Assembly (NCBI RefSeq): GCF_033153115.1
Contig: NW_026889803.1
Coordinates: 12,028,001 to 12,092,000 of the forward strand
DNA from: Saccostrea echinata
Lineage: Eukaryota
Length of the DNA: 64,000 nt
Direction of reading: 5' to 3'
A program made the position numbers and the translations under genes. The notes under the pieces were generated by a model. It was not told the DNA's origin. It did not search any database and saw nothing but the letters and a program-made list of their open reading frames with translations. This document shows, one piece after another, positions 13,993 through 27,104 of this stretch (position 1 is the stretch's first letter; each line of letters starts with the position of its first letter).

Positions 13993-14339
13993 TACCCCAC
14001 AGCAAGCCACTGCTTTAGCTTATCTCCACAGCAGTTTAGCATCAGTGATAACCCCATTTACTCGGGCGTTTTCAGAAAGAAACAAAGAAATCACAGTTCA
14101 TGTGTGTTTATTGATATAACTCAAAAACTATTTGGTAAAAGTATATAAAATTATATTTTTTAAATTTTCAGGAATTTGCACCTGTATAATGATGTTAATT
14201 CCAATCTGATATTTCATATTAACTCCAAGAAAAAGTTAAGCAAATGTAAACAAACAATCTGTACACAAAAATTTTCCTTGAGAAAAACTCAGATTTCCAG
14301 GATTTTACATTCCATTATAATGAAGGCTTTATTGTCCAC

Positions 14340-15985
14340 TATGAAAAGTGAAATGACATCCATCTTTACATAAATGCACATAACACACTTTGCAGCCATT
14401 CACAGTTTCTGTCCGTTCTTTCTTGTTTGTTCCGTTGTGAACACATCTTCTTTTGGTCCCAATGTGTGTAGATTAGTGTCCAGCAAAGTTATCTGCCTGG
14501 TGAACCATTTTTCTGCAGCTTTCCTTTTTCTTCCGGAGAAGCCCCCAATTAGATGATGTACAAGCTCCTTTCTAAATGCTATATTTGTAAACTTTTTCCT
14601 GCATAGAATTTCACACCAACCTCTCCAATAGCCACAGTCATCAACGAAGATTCTTTTAATTCTAAAGGGTTCCTTTCTCCCAGCAAGCAGTATCTAATAT
14701 CTGGAACTTGTATTTGGACATCTTGAAGTGTTACGGAAAAGAATGAAAGCATTCACCACTGCACAATTCATCAGGAAATAAAATGTACTCCCAGGCTGTC
14801 CCTTCCTAAAGGAGCTGGTATTTTGTCTGAGAACTTGTGTAACGTTTACACCTGTTGCAGGGTTTGTTACAATGAATATAAATTATTGTGGGTCTCCTGT
14901 TTCTGAATTTAACCCTTAAATTTTAATAAAAAGTCAGGTTGTAAATTTATAAAATTTATTATGATTAAAATAATGAATAACAATGAACAACAAGACAATT
15001 ATCAATAAAGTAATGATAAATTATGGGTCTCCAGAAGATAAAAAGGTATACGTGTTTAACGGGTCACCCGTATAAATATATAAACAAGAATCAAATGGGT
15101 ATGGGTCTGCCGGGAATTGGCATCAAATTCAAGCCTTGTAAATAAAATTGGTATACAATTAATAAATAAAATCTTAAATAATAATTATCATTCTCTCCGA
15201 ATCCTGGTTTACAGTATTGAATCAATGGTTTGGATCCAGTAATTAATTTAATATAGATAATATGCCAAGTGACTTTTCGTTATAAGCTGGGGATGAAAAG
15301 TAACGGTTGGGTCCAAAACCGCTGTTTATATACCTTTTGATGACTAGGGCCAAATGTATCCTCGTGCAAATTGAGCAGTACCGCTCTGTTTAGCGCCATA
15401 TTTGGAGGAGATGAACATTCGGCCTAGCTTTGTAATTAAATGTAATTGGGTGTGTTATGAGGGGATAATGGTAGGGAACTATAAGGAAAAGACTTGGGGA
15501 ATGATGCCATAGATAATAAAAATTGGGGTTTATGAGTCTTGCACATATATTTTATGTGCATGATTTGAATGTTGTAGAGAAAATTCGGGTAACCCTATGA
15601 TTAGACATACAAACATGTTTACACAATAGTATTAATGATAGTATGGGGATATTTCCACATCGGACATACAAAGAAATGAGATAATACAATATTAATTACA
15701 CAATATATAATTATAAGGACGAATATAACATGACTGAGGTGGTATAAATGTAACACTTGGATGGAAAAAAATAAACTACACAGCTTCATAAAAATTCTTG
15801 TCAATAGCTGTTAGTTTAGTTTAGAAAATAACAAAACTTTATGTTTATAAACAAGCCAAGCTTCCCGTTCACACCCATTACATTCCCCCTTGCAATCAGT
15901 TCTTCAGCTGTAGATTTCTTGTTGGCCATCCTTATGTCTTGGAGATAACAAACACCCATATTTGGCATCAATTCCACCATCTACA
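14340..15985 (-). pseudogene. Decayed piggyBac transposase interrupted by a ~1-kb insertion (14836-15872)
   Basis: Minus-strand FYFLMNCAVVNAFI and the cysteine-rich tail GCKVCYVHLCKDGCHFTFH. Confidence 0.65.
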
Positions 15986-16569
15986 AAAAAAAAACATGAA
16001 GTAAGATTTTTTTTCATATGTTCATAGGGGTGAAAAATATAAATTTTATATGTTAAGTATAGCTTCTATCCATATGATAAGTATACACATCGGCCTTATA
16101 ATTGCTTTTACCTCAAGAAATGAGTTTTTCTTGTTCCACATTGTCTGGTTGATTAGAAACTTGAGGAGTCATACTCCTTATCCCTTATGCTATGATTATC
16201 CAGAATTTGTGGAAGCTTCGATTTTGCCTCCACCAATTAGCAGCAAGTGTTTTGTGATATCATATCTCTCATGGCAGTGACATGTATTTTTTTTCTGTCT
16301 CAAGATGTTTATATTAGATTTTAATGTGGATTAGGGCTATTGCAAGAAGAATTTGCCCAAATTGTATTGATTTTATAATGCTGACCTATAGTGATAGATC
16401 TGCCAACTTCTGCAGACTGATTAGTAATCTGCTGTCATAGCAGCATATGCCATGCCTATTACTCTGCACCAATGTAATTATATAGTGGTCATTCTCTTTC
16501 ATGTCTGTCATAAGTTCCTCTTTCATGTCTGTCATAAGTTCCTCTTTCATGTCTGTTATGAGTTCGTAC

Positions 16570-17165
16570 TATTAATTTCCTCTTGTATGCAGAAAAGACA
16601 CAGTTTGGGCAATACTGTGATTTATTATGCAATTGAGTATAATTATCATAAAAGCAATCATGGTAATCTTCCATCTTGAGAAATCATGGTAGAAAACTAA
16701 ACTAATACTACCACACTAGACAATTATTACGTAAGTACCGTAACATCACGCACACACACACACACAAATTACGGAATCAAACAATGTGGGTTCTGCCTCG
16801 GAGGTTTTCTAAGAAAGTGACGCTAACTGGCCCAAACATGGATTGAGATAGCTGTTTAACATAATTTGATTGGATAACACCATTGTAGAATTTGAAAATA
16901 AGAAGTTGAGCAATGTGATTGGATAGCAATGACGTTAATAGATGGCGCTAGATGACCTCAGTTAGGGGGCACCAGTACGAGAAGAGAAAACCCCCTCAAT
17001 ATGATTGGTCATAGAATCGTCCTCCGGGCAGAACCCATATTGTACATAACAAATGGACTCTTCCAGCTGAAGATCCCATCGTAACGTAAAACATAAACAC
17101 ACATTGAACAAACGAAGACAGGAGAATTCAATGTAAATTAATAATAATTAAATAACTTTAATAAC
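16570..17165 (-). mobile_element. Solo terminal unit (A+B-like) of the SAM-Gag YR element family
   Basis: Colinear with 47586-48290; right part homologous to the 5' terminus 62665-63082; three tgattgg boxes, (CA)n tract. Confidence 0.7.
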
Positions 17166-17893
17166 TCAATGCGTTGAAACTAAATTCAGTGTCAATTAAC
17201 CCAAGCATTCTTATGTTTGATGTCTGAATCAATGTTCATAATAAATTACATTTATATAAAACTGCCTTATTAATTAAGAAGTAATGAAGTAAAGTTAACT
17301 CTTTCGTCAGTCTGTCCAAGTGGCTTTGGATGAATAAAAGAAATAAACATTTTTAATGCATGCTCTTTAATTGTGTTATATGATTTGATGCGCAACGTAA
17401 AAAAAAAATGAAACATTGGTAGTTTGAATTGATACATTGAATTGAATACATTTAAAAATGAAAGTAGATCAAAATAAACAAGATGGATGCCAAGGGATCT
17501 AGAAGATTAAGTTTGAAAAGTATTAAGCTTTGATATTTAAGTGAATTTATTCATTACAAAAAGTTGAAACAGTAAGTAAATATTGTGAAATGATATGTTA
17601 GTTAACTTTTATTTCAAATAAGCCTAAAAATATTGATATTACATCTAACATAGTACCGTAAAGTCGCTTGTATTGGCAGCATTTTTTTTCTTCAGAAAAT
17701 TGTTTTATGTTGGAAAGAAACCAGAAGAAGTCTGAATAAATGTACAAGGTTTATTAATCTACACTACAACATTCCAGAACACATCTATTAAACATATACA
17801 ATAAAATGTAACACAAAATACACGTTACTTTGGCATCAGTAGGGGCAGACTCAGCCATTAATTCCAATAGCTAACAACCAGTTCAAGACAGCA

Positions 17894-18189
17894 GTCCAGT
17901 CGCAGGAGCCGGAAGAAAGGTACAGCTCAATTGTACCAGTCAACTCGGTGTAACTAGTGAGTCTTGAGACTAGCCCTACTTCCAGTGGATCTCAACTCGG
18001 TGTAGCAGCTGTGGAAGGCTGTGAGAAACCAGTTCCGGGCTACAAGAGCCGGAAGAGAACCATGGAAGGATGTTGATACCTTATTAACTCGGTGTAACTT
18101 CCTATGCAGTATTAGCATATTAAGAAATCGTCATGTTGCGTTGGATATCTACATGGGGAAGTCACAAGAGCCGGAAAATAAGATGTTAG
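17894..18189 (-). ncRNA. Candidate structured cis-element, three copies, in the element's 3' UTR
   Basis: TTCCGGCTCYTG and CACCGAGTTRA each occur three times, with compensatory flanking stems (see findings). Confidence 0.6.
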
Positions 18190-18472
18190 TGTCAAAATAA
18201 AACAGAATTTTGGGGGAAAATTTAATTAATTGTTACAGCATTCGTAAAATTTATTAAATGGTGGCCAAAAGTCAGTTGAATAGATATAAATGTAAATACT
18301 TATGTACATTATAGATATGAGACTGAGTGCCCCAAAATGATGCCAAATTGTGTATGATAAACCAGTTATATATATAAGGCTAACATTATAACATCTATAG
18401 GTAAAGTTACAAGCTTAATTGTTTTTTACAAGTCTGTAGTGAGATAGGAAGTAGTGTGATCAGCCTATGAAT

Positions 18473-19441
18473 CTACAGTACTAAGGAACGCTGAGCATCT
18501 CGTAACACAGATACCGGAGTTCTAATATATCTACAATAGGCTTCGGAGGCCCATCTTCCTAATGTTTTAATAATATGGTCCTCCACATGGACAGAAGCTG
18601 CAGTCGTAGCCGCACCGATTCGGAAAGAATGTCCATTATACACATCCGCATCACAACCAATACAAGTTAACACATGCTTAAAAGCTGAAATAAATTCAAC
18701 TCTTGTCAAAGGAGCACCATTTTGATTTACAAACAATGGACTTTGTGGAGAACATGACAATTTGTACCTTGCCTTTAAATATTTACAACATACAGCGAAA
18801 GGACAAATAATATTGTCTGTAGAAAACAGTTTAATGATGACTCCTTTCCTGAATGGGTCAGTTTTAGAAATTTTGAGTTGTAAATGTACATAATCCTCAA
18901 AGATAGATAAATCACTTATACAAAGATGTATAGAAGGATCAAATACTTCTTTACATGTAAATTCTCCACATCTCAAAAAGCCAAAAAATGCAACAGTACA
19001 TACAGTTACTAACATCAAATTGTAAAAATTGTCGATCTTTCTTAAATAAAGACAAGCCCTTTTCAAAATGTCGAACGTTACTGGATACCTTAAACTGCGA
19101 GATGGTGATTGTACACGTTTAACACCATTCATAATAGCCTTAAGTCTACATAACTGAGTGTTGTCAGGATATGCAATGTTATCTTGCAAACACATAAATT
19201 TAACTCCACACAAATACAACTTGATAGTTGAATAGCTTATCTGAAGTTTGCTAACACAGTTTGCTACGAATGAAATTAAGTAATCTTCAGATAAGGGAAC
19301 CTCAGAAATACATGCATTTGTAATAATATTTGACAACAAAAGGAATTTTACATATACATGAAAGGCTGTTTGGTATGTGCACCTAGTGCTTGGTGCCACT
19401 GCATTGGTCCATAACATGTTCACGGTGTCGTTGAGATCCAT
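18473..19441 (-). CDS. Tyrosine recombinase of YR retrotransposon, 322 aa, intact
   Basis: FFGFLRCGE, SKTDPF, HSFRIGAAT, LGRWASEAYCRY (R-K-HxxR-W-Y catalytic set). Confidence 0.95.
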   Translation of the reverse strand: MDLNDTVNMLWTNAVAPSTRCTYQTAFHVYVKFLLLSNIITNACISEVPLSEDYLISFVANCVSKLQISYSTIKLYLCGVKFMCLQDNIAYPDNTQLCRLKAIMNGVKRVQSPSRSLRYPVTFDILKRACLYLRKIDNFYNLMLVTVCTVAFFGFLRCGEFTCKEVFDPSIHLCISDLSIFEDYVHLQLKISKTDPFRKGVIIKLFSTDNIICPFAVCCKYLKARYKLSCSPQSPLFVNQNGAPLTRVEFISAFKHVLTCIGCDADVYNGHSFRIGAATTAASVHVEDHIIKTLGRWASEAYCRYIRTPVSVLRDAQRSLVL

Positions 19442-21804
19442 AACACTTCCCTCGGATGAGGAACACTGTATGGTTGATCTTGTGCTTGAGGAGCGAGGCT
19501 GCGGAATTTGGAAATCTGCAAACGTGATAGAGCATCTGCTATTAAATTTGTTCGACCCGGTACATGTACGGAAGAAAAAATGAAGTTATATTTTGCTGCT
19601 ATTAGAGTAAGGCGTCTCATCAGGGGCATGATATGATTAAGAAATAAAGTCCGCGTTATCGTGAATGTTGCAGGATAACCTCCGAGGTCGAGAAATGTTG
19701 TCTGAAATATAAAAGCCGAGGCGTTAGCCGAGGCTTTTATATTTCAGACAACATTTCGAGACCGAGGAGGTTATCCTGCATCATTCACGACAACAAGGAC
19801 TTTATTTCTATTCTACTAACAGCTCTAAAATACGACTGATCGTTTTCTCTATAAAGAAACGAATTAGGTCACCATGTCGAAATTTTGCTGTTCCATTTAA
19901 CACCAGAGTCAATTTGTTTGTTAACTTGTGTATCGATTGCATAAAATGCAGACGGTTTCAGCTTTCGTTGGATTAAAAATATCCTTTAATTATTTATAAA
20001 TTTGTTTGTAACATATATTGATTAATTTTTATGAATGTAAAATAACAAAATCAGTTGTCTATTTCATTGCTTCATCTGTAAAATCACGGAGTGTAAATGT
20101 TTTGAGGAGGTCCTTGGAACAGCCCGACTTGGCTATAAAAAGGATATTTATCAGCTGTTTCAGGCAATACACACTATATATTTAGATTGCGTAAGACGAC
20201 ACATCGATATGGTCTAAATAAGTATTAGATTCTTCATTGAAATATTTATTTCAACTGTACAGGTTTGACATGTGTTTCTGATCTGATAATTTTTTGATGA
20301 CGTTCATGATTTATTGGAGAATAATGTCCGCGGCATTTCTTTGATCTCGTCAATTACTGTGGTAGAATGGGATTTAGATCTACCCTTGTTAAGGATAGCA
20401 ACTGTTGCTATATTGTCACACATAAAAATTATCCTTTGTTTTTTCCACATTTCCCCCCATAGAATTGAAGCAACAACTATAGGGTATAGTTCATAGAAGG
20501 CTATGGATACGCCATCTTCGTCTTGCATCCAGGGTTTTAATAAAGGTACTAGTTCATCTGACCAAGATGAAGAAAACCATAGTCCTCTGAAGTATCCACC
20601 ATATCCCAAGGTAGCTGAAGCATCTGTAAACAGATTAAGTTCTTCTGATGTGATCTGCGACACATTGTAGAACAAATTAATGCCATTCCAACCATTCAGA
20701 AATGTTAGCCACATCCTTATGTCTTCCTTGCAGGCTGCATTAATTGTGATGTGATAGTGCAGTTCTTGACTGTTGTAGACAGTCGGATGAGATGAGACAC
20801 AAAGGATCTTCCCGGTGGTATAACTCTGCTTGCAAAATTAAGGTGGCCTAATAACTGTAAGAGTTCCCTTTTAGTGCAGCTTTTCCGTGAATAAAAAGAG
20901 GTAAGAAACTCCTTAATTCTGGACAGCTTGTCACCTGGTAATCTGGCTTCCTTAGCTTCAGAATCTAGAATTATACCTAGGTATTCTAAACATGTTGTGG
21001 GGCCTTCAGTTTTATGCAGCGCCATGGGTATGTTGAGTGATGTAAATATAACAAAAGTTTCATATTAGTATCTCCGTCTTCCTCTGGACGTTCGAAAGTG
21101 ATGAAATCGTCTAACAAGTGGAGTATATGCTTTACACCATAGTTATTGGTGGCAATCCAACATACTGCTTGGGATAGATTGCCAAAGATTTTAGGGCTAG
21201 AACGACATCCAAAAGATAATTTGTTGTAATAATAATAGTTTGACTTCCATTTGATACAGAACAAATGCCACTGAGAGGGTAAGATTGGTACCAATTTAAA
21301 AGCGTCTGATATATCGGTTTTGCACATGGTTGTTCCCTTCCCCAGGCTTTGAATTGTTTTGATGGCATCATCTATCTTCACATACGATAGGGAGCATTCT
21401 TCTTTGTTGATCAGAGTGTTAACACTTGCATGTTCACTGTCATGTGGTGAAGATAAGTCAACTATTAACCGAGGTTTTTTAGAGTACTTTCCCATTGTAA
21501 TACCGATTGGACTCACTCTATAGTTGGTAAATGGAGGTTCTTCGAAAGGTCCAGTCAAGAAACCTTTCTCAAGTTCACTTTTCACAAGTTTATCTACAAC
21601 TTCAGGTTGCTTTCTTGCTGATAATAAGTTTTTACATTCTAGTGTTTCTATTCTGGTGTTTGAAATCATAGTATCAAAGCCAAAAATGAATCCTTCGCAC
21701 AAATATTGGACAAAATTTTTATCCGGATGATTACAGAGTTCTGATCTTAAGTTATTCACATTTACAGGCGTTGAGACTTGAGAAGAATTTCTTTCACAGT
21801 TCAC
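19420..21804 (-). pseudogene. RT/RNase H (pol); two frameshifts and a 731-bp insertion
   Basis: KTDISDAF, LSFGCRSSP, HLLDDF, LEYLGI, FTDAS, ELYPIV, CDN, NLIADALSR. Confidence 0.95.
19633..20363. mobile_element. TIR-less insertion with a long subterminal palindrome (Crypton-like non-autonomous element)
   Basis: Removal restores KGRSKSHS|IMPLMRRL in frame; TA at both junctions; hairpin ~19640-19810 centred on ccgaggcgttagccgagg. Confidence 0.7.
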
Positions 21805-21807
21805 TAG

Positions 21808-23191
21808 TCACTTTTTACTCGGTATGGATGCCATGGAACTTCTTTGGCTTCTCTTACACAGAGAGGCTCCGTGGTCGTTTTCGTGACACACTGTACATAT
21901 GTGCTCAAACTGACAGTTCGTTTTCCTACATCTATTATCATTGAAATTGTTGCACACCTCCTTGTTGTTCACCATGGTGCGTGTTCGACCGTATTTGTCA
22001 GTTGTTTGGTTTTTGTTGGTTGGATATAACTTCGCATGGACTGGCGATAACCGGAATGATGTTCTGTTGTACTTGAGGACAGAACGCTGAGAGGTGCATG
22101 CTTGATGAACAAGTGGAGCATTTGTTTGCAGTAGCATTACCCACTACCATCATGAGAAGGCCAAGATCTTTCACCGACCAGTCAATTTTAACATTATCCC
22201 TGAGGGCAGTTGCAGCTCTTGATGAGAATTGGCAGTGGTAGTCGTAAAATTTTCCACCATAGACATTGTGTATATCTACTATGATAGCTTCATATCTATC
22301 CAACTCAACCCGTCTCTCTGGAAATCGTTGGCACATAACTCTCTTATATCTACCGAAAGCTGTAATAAATTCAGCGATAGAGAGTTGCTTATGTAGTCTA
22401 TGGTCTTCTTGTTTCATCAGGTTGATGGTGATGTTGTTGGGTTTGTCTGAATCATATGTGGGGATTAGCAATTCGGCCATGTTAACGTCTTTCCCCTCCC
22501 AAATCTTTTTTCTCAACTTTTCAGTGACTACGTCTATGTGTGAGAGAGAGTCTGACGGGATGCCAGGTTCAGTTCTAGGTAATGTGTACCCACCTGTAGC
22601 TGGACCCTGCATTGCTGGTTGTTGACGAATCGCCGCCATTGCTGTGTCCAATGAGTGGTCATCTGTTTTGCTGTTCTTCTTTTCGGCCACCAAACTCATG
22701 ACTGTGTTTTGAAGCCCGAGTACTGTCTGTTGCATGCTCTGCATGGTGTTCAGCATGCTGCAGACTATGTCACTGTTCGAGGAGGCCGCCATATTGGATA
22801 AATTGGCTCTCGATCCCGATGCAACATTGGTTGATGCGCTAGATCTCGATCCTTCCCCCGATGGTGTTTTGCTTGAAATTGTTGCTCTGGTTGTTTCAAT
22901 TCTGTTAGTATTCTCTGGAGTTGGTTCCGTACTCGGAGGCACAATCACGGCATTTGCGACGTCCTCTTCCCTCGATTCAACGCTTATCCGGGCATCTGCG
23001 TTTGCGGGGGGTATTCCTCGATTCTCCAGATATAGTTTCTTCATTACGACTTTCCCAATGTTGGCAGGGACACGAATACCCAGCTTAGCCAGTTCCTCGA
23101 TATATCGTTTGGTTGTCCAATTGTTTGTGTTGCTCTCATCCCAGCGATTAGATGGGGTAGGACGTCTACGACTCCGAGCGCGGTCAGCCAT
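21808..23191 (-). CDS. Gag-like ORF (LEM/HeH-like N-terminus, CCHC + CCCH/CCHC fingers), one frameshift near 22000
   Basis: NWTTKRYIEELAKLGI..KKLYLEN; GKDVNMAELLIP; CSTCSSSMHLSAFC; VCNNFNDNRCRKTNCQFEHICTVCHENDHGASLC. Confidence 0.9.
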
Positions 23192-24097
23192 GATTTGAAA
23201 CTTGATCCTCAGCGTCCGAAATGTACAGTGTCCACAATCTTATTGATTTGTAACTGTTTCACGATCACAAATTCACAAAAAACACATATCACGACATCTT
23301 GGTAGCGTACGGTGATTATTAGGTATAATAATTGAAAGTCTGTGAAACGGGCCAAATAAATTACGATACAATTTTCTTTACAAACTTAGCGCACTGCTTG
23401 TAGCTGAATTCCCACTATAAAAAACAACCAATCAAATTGTAGCAACATAATATTAGAAACAATAATGGCGGATAGGTCAAATCCGAATAAACCCGTCTTC
23501 CCAACATAAACCTGGCTTATAATACCGTAAGCCTCCATTAAAATTAGGGATGCGCTTAATACATCGGAACAAAATACAACCCCCTTTTTTCCAGGTCACT
23601 TTCGCAGTGCCAAGGACCATTTTCCCGATCCATTTAAATTGATTACTCTTTGTAACCAATTACGTCAAAGTTTATTACTATTACTCTAATTTCAGAGTCA
23701 TTTACGTCAGCCCTACCTGTTGTAGTCATATACATCTACCCAACCTGTTGAAAAAAAAAGATAATCTTTTCATAAATAAAATCATAATGAAAAATGATCT
23801 TTGTTTTTGTTTTATTTCCATTGCGTATTCCGCCATTTTGAACTACCGTCACTTATATCATATACAAGAACTGCAAGTCGCTTAAGACATAAATATATTA
23901 ATATCTATAAATGAGTCAACAACTATAATCTTTGTGATATATTCTGAATAATCCTTAATTCTGTATCTTATTTTTATTTTTTTTAATTTTAGATATGCAA
24001 TTAGAGTTGCAAATCGTTAGGGATTCTATTGTCACGTCATTGCTATATATAACTTCAGTCTATGTTGTCACGTAGGACATGACCATTGTTTATTTAA

Positions 24098-24413
24098 AGC
24101 AATATGAGCTGCATTTTCGAGAATTGAATTTTGCTGTTAAAATGTGTTATTTTGATGCATTTTTATGTAATCTGAACCTTTTTGATCAATTTGACTTAAA
24201 TTAAGTATTGAATTGTTTCAGAAGAGAGATTTCAGTACAACTGAATATATGGTATTATATGTAATTCTGCTTCAACCAAAGCTTAAAAATAGTTCTTCCA
24301 TCACAAATATGAACAACAGAAGTTTATAAACATTCTTTTTTCCTGTCATTGAAATAGTTAATTACAATTTTGCAGCAAAAATTTCCGACATTGAAATTGC
24401 AGCTCATATTGCT
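24098..24413. mobile_element. TTAA-targeting MITE (Kolobok-like)
   Basis: TIR agcaatatgagctgca, TTAA on both sides; single TTAA at the homologous site in copy 1 (~13322). Confidence 0.85.
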
Positions 24414-26693
24414 TTAACAATTATCACCTCAGCACCTGCAATGAAATCAACACGTTTTTTAAAAGAACTTTATTAAAACATATTTCAGTCAGAAGCACAA
24501 ATAAAAACATATTTGTAGAGTACAATCAAGCACATTCAAGAAAATGTTCATAAGACATAAATATTAAAATGTTCATTTAGCACGTCATCATGGTCACAGC
24601 ACTGATTGTTCATTGCACTAGCTAACTAAAATAATTATCGACGGATACCAAGAACTGTTTAATTACCCAAAGCCAAACCTTTGACATTAATATCGCTTGG
24701 GTATGATTTTTGTTTACGTAAATACTGACACACTCTTGTTCTGCATTATACTGGTAAGCATAACTTCATAACACGCTTGGAATTAATTTGAAAAGAAAAT
24801 AATCAGGTATTTCTTTTATCATCTCTGGTTAGATAAATATTAAAAAGATTGAATTTAAATGTTCACAAATGCACACTTATAATACGTAGAGTAAAAAAAC
24901 TGATTTGCTACTTTCGTTTGAGATTCATAAATTTTCCTACTTAAGTTACTGTAATAGAAAACTTAAAGTCACATCCAATTTATGTGTTTTTTGGATGCGC
25001 ATTTACATAGGACCTGCGTTTTTTTCAGGATTTTCACCCCAACTTTGGGGGTGCGTCTTTTACACCATTGCGGCCAATACACGCGACTTTACGGTATTTA
25101 TAATACATCCAATAATTTACACAAATGTTATTTCATGTCAGATGCCCGACATGAATTTCAGCTTACTATGGCTTTTATAATAGTCACTTATTATAAAGTT
25201 TTGGCCTGACAAATAAACTATGATAATAAATTATACTGTACTACAGTATTTGTGTATTATAATTGTTTAACGACAGAGCTAAACTATGACACCTTTGAAA
25301 TAGACAAGTTAGAGAAAATATGGTACAACATAAATTCAAGGAAGTTTCAACTAATGAATTATTGGTAAAAATAAAACATGTTTAAATGTTAAACACATAC
25401 AAATATGATATATATTATCTCGGTATGTTTTCATGGGGATGCTGTTAATTTAAGCTTGCATGTTCTGATACAATTAGTATCTTACATAATAAATTCTAAA
25501 AATTCGGTAAATATGGCTTTGCCTACTCTTCTAAAATCACCCTATCTAAGGATTTTTTAAAAATTAGGCTAAAAATGAGCCTTTCAGGTTTATTGAAAGC
25601 ATCAACACATGCCTAAAAAATTATGGAATTAAGTATGAATGTAGTAAATTCCTTTCCTCTGAGGGATTGCTTTTGCTAAGAGGGACAAAGGAAGCCCTGT
25701 CTTCTAATTAATGGCAAAAGCAATTTGAGAGTTATGATATTGATAGGCTGATAATGAAGTTGCAAACACTGCTGATGGCTGCTGTGCTAAAATTGTCAGC
25801 CTAATTATTTTCTTGGATTTTGAACTTGTTATGGTATAAATTTTCCCATGAGGCTGGAATTTAATTCAAAATGGCAGCAATTTTGTGAACTGCTAAAAAA
25901 AATTGTGGGGATGTTGAACTTCTTGTATGCATGTCTCATTAGAAACGAAGTAGCCCAACTATTATGTGTATTAATCTGTAAAACCTCCAATTATTGTAGA
26001 GCATGTGTCCATACTTTATCATAGAAATCACTGTAAACCAATTGTTATTTGCAACAAAGGTTTATTTGCAATTTTTCAGTGTCTAATTTATACCCATGTT
26101 TTCAATTCTTTTTTTTTTCAATTTATTTTTCAATGTTTTGCAACTGAGAAAACATTTAAAAAAATAAATATATTTTTACATCCACTGAATACTATCTCCT
26201 TTATTTTTTATGAAAAACATTGTCATTTATCAATACTTTAATGTTGTTAAGCAAGCCAACTGTATAGATGGCAGTGGCTCTTCCATCAGTGAAACATACA
26301 GTGACATACAAATCAAGAATCAATATTTAATGTACTTAAACCTTCTTTATATGATTATTATGAACATAAATATAAACTATAAATGTCTTTCTTTGTGAGT
26401 ATGGAAATATTAACGCACTAGATTGCAAAAAAAAAAATTTGCTTTGGCAGCTAGGTTATGTATTTTTCTGCAACATCTGCAACATTATTTCCCATACTAA
26501 CAACCAAAGACAGCATTTCGTTACTTAAGTGAATGATTGCTGATGATGAATAAAAGGTCACAAAACTGATATGTATTACTTTTACTGCTTTATAATGTGA
26601 GAGCTGATGTAAATGTATAAAAATATCTATATTTATGTTTTGTTGTCCAGTTTATTACAAATTGTACATCCAGTTTGTGAAACAATTTGGATA

Positions 26694-26869
26694 CAGTAAA
26701 ACTCAGTTATTGAGAACTTACTTATAAGGAATTCTTGGTTACAAGGAACTTTTTACAAAATCCTGTAGATGACTTTTCACTGTTTCTTGTACAGATACAA
26801 AGAATCTCTGTTATAAGATCAAAGCAAAATTTGAGGTCCCAGTGACTTCCTTATAATTGAGTTTTACTG
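26694..26869. mobile_element. Tc1/mariner (Tigger-like) MITE; second copy at 56997-57173
   Basis: TA|cagtaaaactcagttat ... ataattgagttttactg|TA. Confidence 0.8.
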
Positions 26870-26899
26870 TATACCATTTATGATTTGATATGTGTTTTG

Positions 26900-26939
<40 letters not shown>

Positions 26940-27104
26940 TGGTATATTTTGTGTCACAGAATATATATAGTAGAAGCTGTTTTGTATTTTATATATATAT
27001 ATATATAGTTGTATATTATATTTTGTATCTCAGAATATATATAGTAGAAAAAGAAGTTAGTGGGAAAAAAATTTAAAAAAAAGGAAGAACTAGGTATAAA
27101 TAAA

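Larger units (their letters stand above)
17705..23540 (-). mobile_element. Near-complete tyrosine-recombinase (DIRS/Ngaro-class) retrotransposon
   Basis: gag - RT/RNase H - YR order; ends defined by the empty site in 12707-13992; only TTA is shared at both junctions. Confidence 0.95.
17656..25094. mobile_element. Tc1/mariner-pogo-type non-autonomous element, copy 2, host to a YR retrotransposon and a TTAA MITE
   Basis: Same TIRs and TA flanks as 12707-13992; colinearity breaks at 17705 and resumes at 23538. Confidence 0.85.

Noticed and set aside
14836-15872. Solo LTR (TG...CA, short inverted ends)
   Set aside because: No TSD and no second copy visible; kept only as an unexplained insertion
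17894-18189. Twister ribozyme or integron attC-like site
   Set aside because: ccgg-loop-ccgg occurs in only one unit, the twister pseudoknot partners are missing, and there is no AAC/GTT box pair
21808-22137. Programmed frameshift in gag
   Set aside because: The homologous region is a single frame in 5654-6097, so an indel is the simpler explanation
22266-23198. Plus-strand ORFs (also 31541-31987, 61986-62303)
   Set aside because: Antisense shadows of gag or transposase with no motifs of their own
25480-26000. Decayed tyrosine-recombinase remnant on the minus strand
   Set aside because: Only faint motif resemblance with many stops; not supportable without an HMM search
26538-26570. Hammerhead-like ctgatgatga..aaac (also ~56421)
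   Set aside because: No GAAA core and no convincing stems
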